From Candidatus Woesearchaeota archaeon (GTDB lineage Archaea > Nanobdellota > Nanobdellia > Nanobdellales > Nanobdellaceae), in the NCBI GenBank assembly GCA_964468425.1, contig CAYXSZ010000020.1:1-6202 (forward strand): a stretch of 6,202 nt of DNA. The letters are read 5' to 3'. Below are positions 5,427-6,202 of the stretch, in pieces. Numbering within the stretch: position 1 is the first letter of the stretch; each line of letters begins with the position of its first letter. Below the pieces are notes generated by a model that saw only the letters and a program-made list of their open reading frames with translations, did no database searches and was not told the origin of the DNA. The position numbers and the translations under genes were made by a program.

Positions 5427-5807
5427 CTAAACTTTCCTTAAATCGAAGTCGAAGAAATTGTCTCCAGCGATTACAATCAAATCATCTTCAACCCACGCCT
5501 CTTTTATAGCGTTGTACAACCCCTTAATCGCTCCAAACTTTTCCTCGTTCCTGAGAGTCGGCTCTGGAACTATTTCTACTTTGCTCCTTATCTCGGAGTC
5601 TAAACTGCGAGCCCAATGTCTGAAATGCAGATCAAATCGCTTGTTTGTAGATATTATCAGTCTCTTGGGCTTTATTTCTTCCTCGACTTTGTAAACTATG
5701 TAGTTTAAGATCGGAACACCTCCTAACGGAAATAACGGCTTTGGTATGTACTCTGAGAGCGGTCTAAGACGCGTTGCAAAACCTCCTGCAAGAACCAACG
5801 CATCCAT
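5427..5807 (-). CDS. Sugar-phosphate nucleotidyltransferase, N-terminal half (ends at a premature in-frame TAG)
   Basis: 126 codons. MDALVLAGGFATRLRPLSEYIPKPLFPL is the canonical G-x-G-T-R-L-x-P-L-T/S...PK-P-L nucleotide-binding loop, and VIAGDNFFDFDL is the metal/sugar-site region. The TAG is the complement of 5427-5429. Confidence 0.85.
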   Translation of the reverse strand: MDALVLAGGFATRLRPLSEYIPKPLFPLGGVPILNYIVYKVEEEIKPKRLIISTNKRFDLHFRHWARSLDSEIRSKVEIVPEPTLRNEEKFGAIKGLYNAIKEAWVEDDLIVIAGDNFFDFDLRKV

Positions 5808-5825
5808 TACTCAAAGTCTCAATGC

Positions 5826-5837
5826 AAAAATATAAAG
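5826..5837 (-). promoter_or_regulatory. Putative TATA box for the nucleotidyltransferase gene
   Basis: The minus strand reads CTTTATATTTTT, centred about 25 nt upstream of the ATG at 5807. Confidence 0.4.
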
Positions 5838-6156
5838 CCTTGTTTCACATAATTTAAGCGCCTAACACAAAAGTTTCCAAATACTAAGATAATTTTTACG
5901 TTAATCTCTAAAATTTCAACTAATGCTTCGACGAATTGCAAAAAAGCAAATGGTTGTTTTATAGATGTTGAAGTCCTTCGCTATTAGTAGAAGTTCTTTA
6001 GAGAATGTAACGGGTATACTCTTCCTAACAGAAGATCGCGAGCTAAAGGGATCTAAGTCTAATTTAAAGTACAAAATTTACCGTTAGGTTTAGAATGGGT
6101 AAATAAACAGCTGGATCGCCGATAATGTTAAAATGCAACAGAGGATATAGTATTGT

Positions 6157-6202
6157 ATGGGGTTGGGGTTTGGTGGAGAATGTGTAGAGAGGCGAGGAAG
6201 CT
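6157..6202 (+). CDS. Possible start of a protein gene running off the right edge; product unknown
   Basis: ATG at 6157 opens a frame (MGLGFGGECVERRGS...) that stays open to the window end. The purine-rich codons resemble those of the other plus-strand genes. A TATA-like GTTAAAAT (6127-6134) sits about 26 nt upstream, the same geometry as the other genes here. Only 15 codons are visible, so this call is weak. Confidence 0.3.
   Translation, partial: MGLGFGGECVERRGS

Noticed and set aside
5427-5429. In-frame TAG read as pyrrolysine or a reassigned sense codon
   Set aside because: TAG terminates eL15 (1620-1622), the 81-aa ORF (1053-1055) and the transferase C half (5043-5045), and the downstream readthrough sequence is nonsensical. 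No pyl genes are visible, and I saw no obvious stem-loop just after the TAG. Site-specific readthrough cannot be excluded, so it remains listed as a finding.
5458-5694. 78-aa plus-strand ORF inside the nucleotidyltransferase N-terminal half
   Set aside because: It is antisense to a CDS with a clear nucleotide-binding motif. The product is S/I/L-rich with no motifs. It is a shadow ORF.
5965-6087. 40-codon ORF (MLKSFAISRSSLENVTGILFLTEDRELKGSKSNLKYKIYR)
   Set aside because: It is below any reasonable length threshold. It has no TATA box at the -25 spacing seen for every other gene, no recognisable motif, and no hydrophobic or charged pattern suggesting a micro-protein. It is mentioned only within the spacer finding.
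6185-6202. GGCGAGGAAGCT resembling the RNase P RNA CR-I element (GAGGAAAGUCC)
   Set aside because: Only a 6-7 nt partial match is cut off by the window edge, it diverges after GAGGAA, and no P1-P3 context is verifiable. This is not enough to call an RNA gene.
5838-6202. Replication origin (ORB repeats plus an AT-rich unwinding element) or a CRISPR leader and first repeat
   Set aside because: There are no repeated ORB-like dyads. I found only a lone TTTCCAA (about 5874-5880) and a single CTCCAC on the minus strand near 6172-6177. No orc1/cdc6 gene is adjacent. No direct repeats of CRISPR length occur anywhere in the window.

Overview
AT-rich archaeal chromosome segment carrying mostly housekeeping genes. 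The proteins are rich in K, E and I, and the tRNA stems are very GC-rich against an AT-rich background, a pattern typical of (hyper)thermophiles. Gene order: DAK2-domain protein (minus strand, runs off the left edge, absent from the ORF track); 81-aa two-TM protein with an E/K-rich tail; ribosomal protein eL15; recombinase RadA; 84-aa PRC-barrel protein; tRNA-Lys(CUU) with a 12-nt intron at the canonical 37/38 position; FKBP-type PPIase (minus strand); FtsZ (FtsZ1-like); a sugar-phosphate nucleotidyltransferase (minus strand) interrupted by one in-frame TAG; then about 320 nt with no credible ORF, followed by a G-rich stretch that may start a gene at the right edge. Almost every start codon has a TTTTTAAA-like TATA box roughly 20-30 nt upstream and no Shine-Dalgarno sequence, which suggests leaderless mRNAs. 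I see no CRISPR array, mobile element, integrase or recognisable defence or toxin cassette, so this looks like core genome rather than an accessory island. The items most worth follow-up are the nucleotidyltransferase split in two by TAG, the mini-intron tRNA with a relaxed bulge-helix-bulge motif, the CdpB-like PRC-barrel gene near ftsZ, and the unexplained ORF-free right end. The five antisense ORFs in the track are shadow ORFs.
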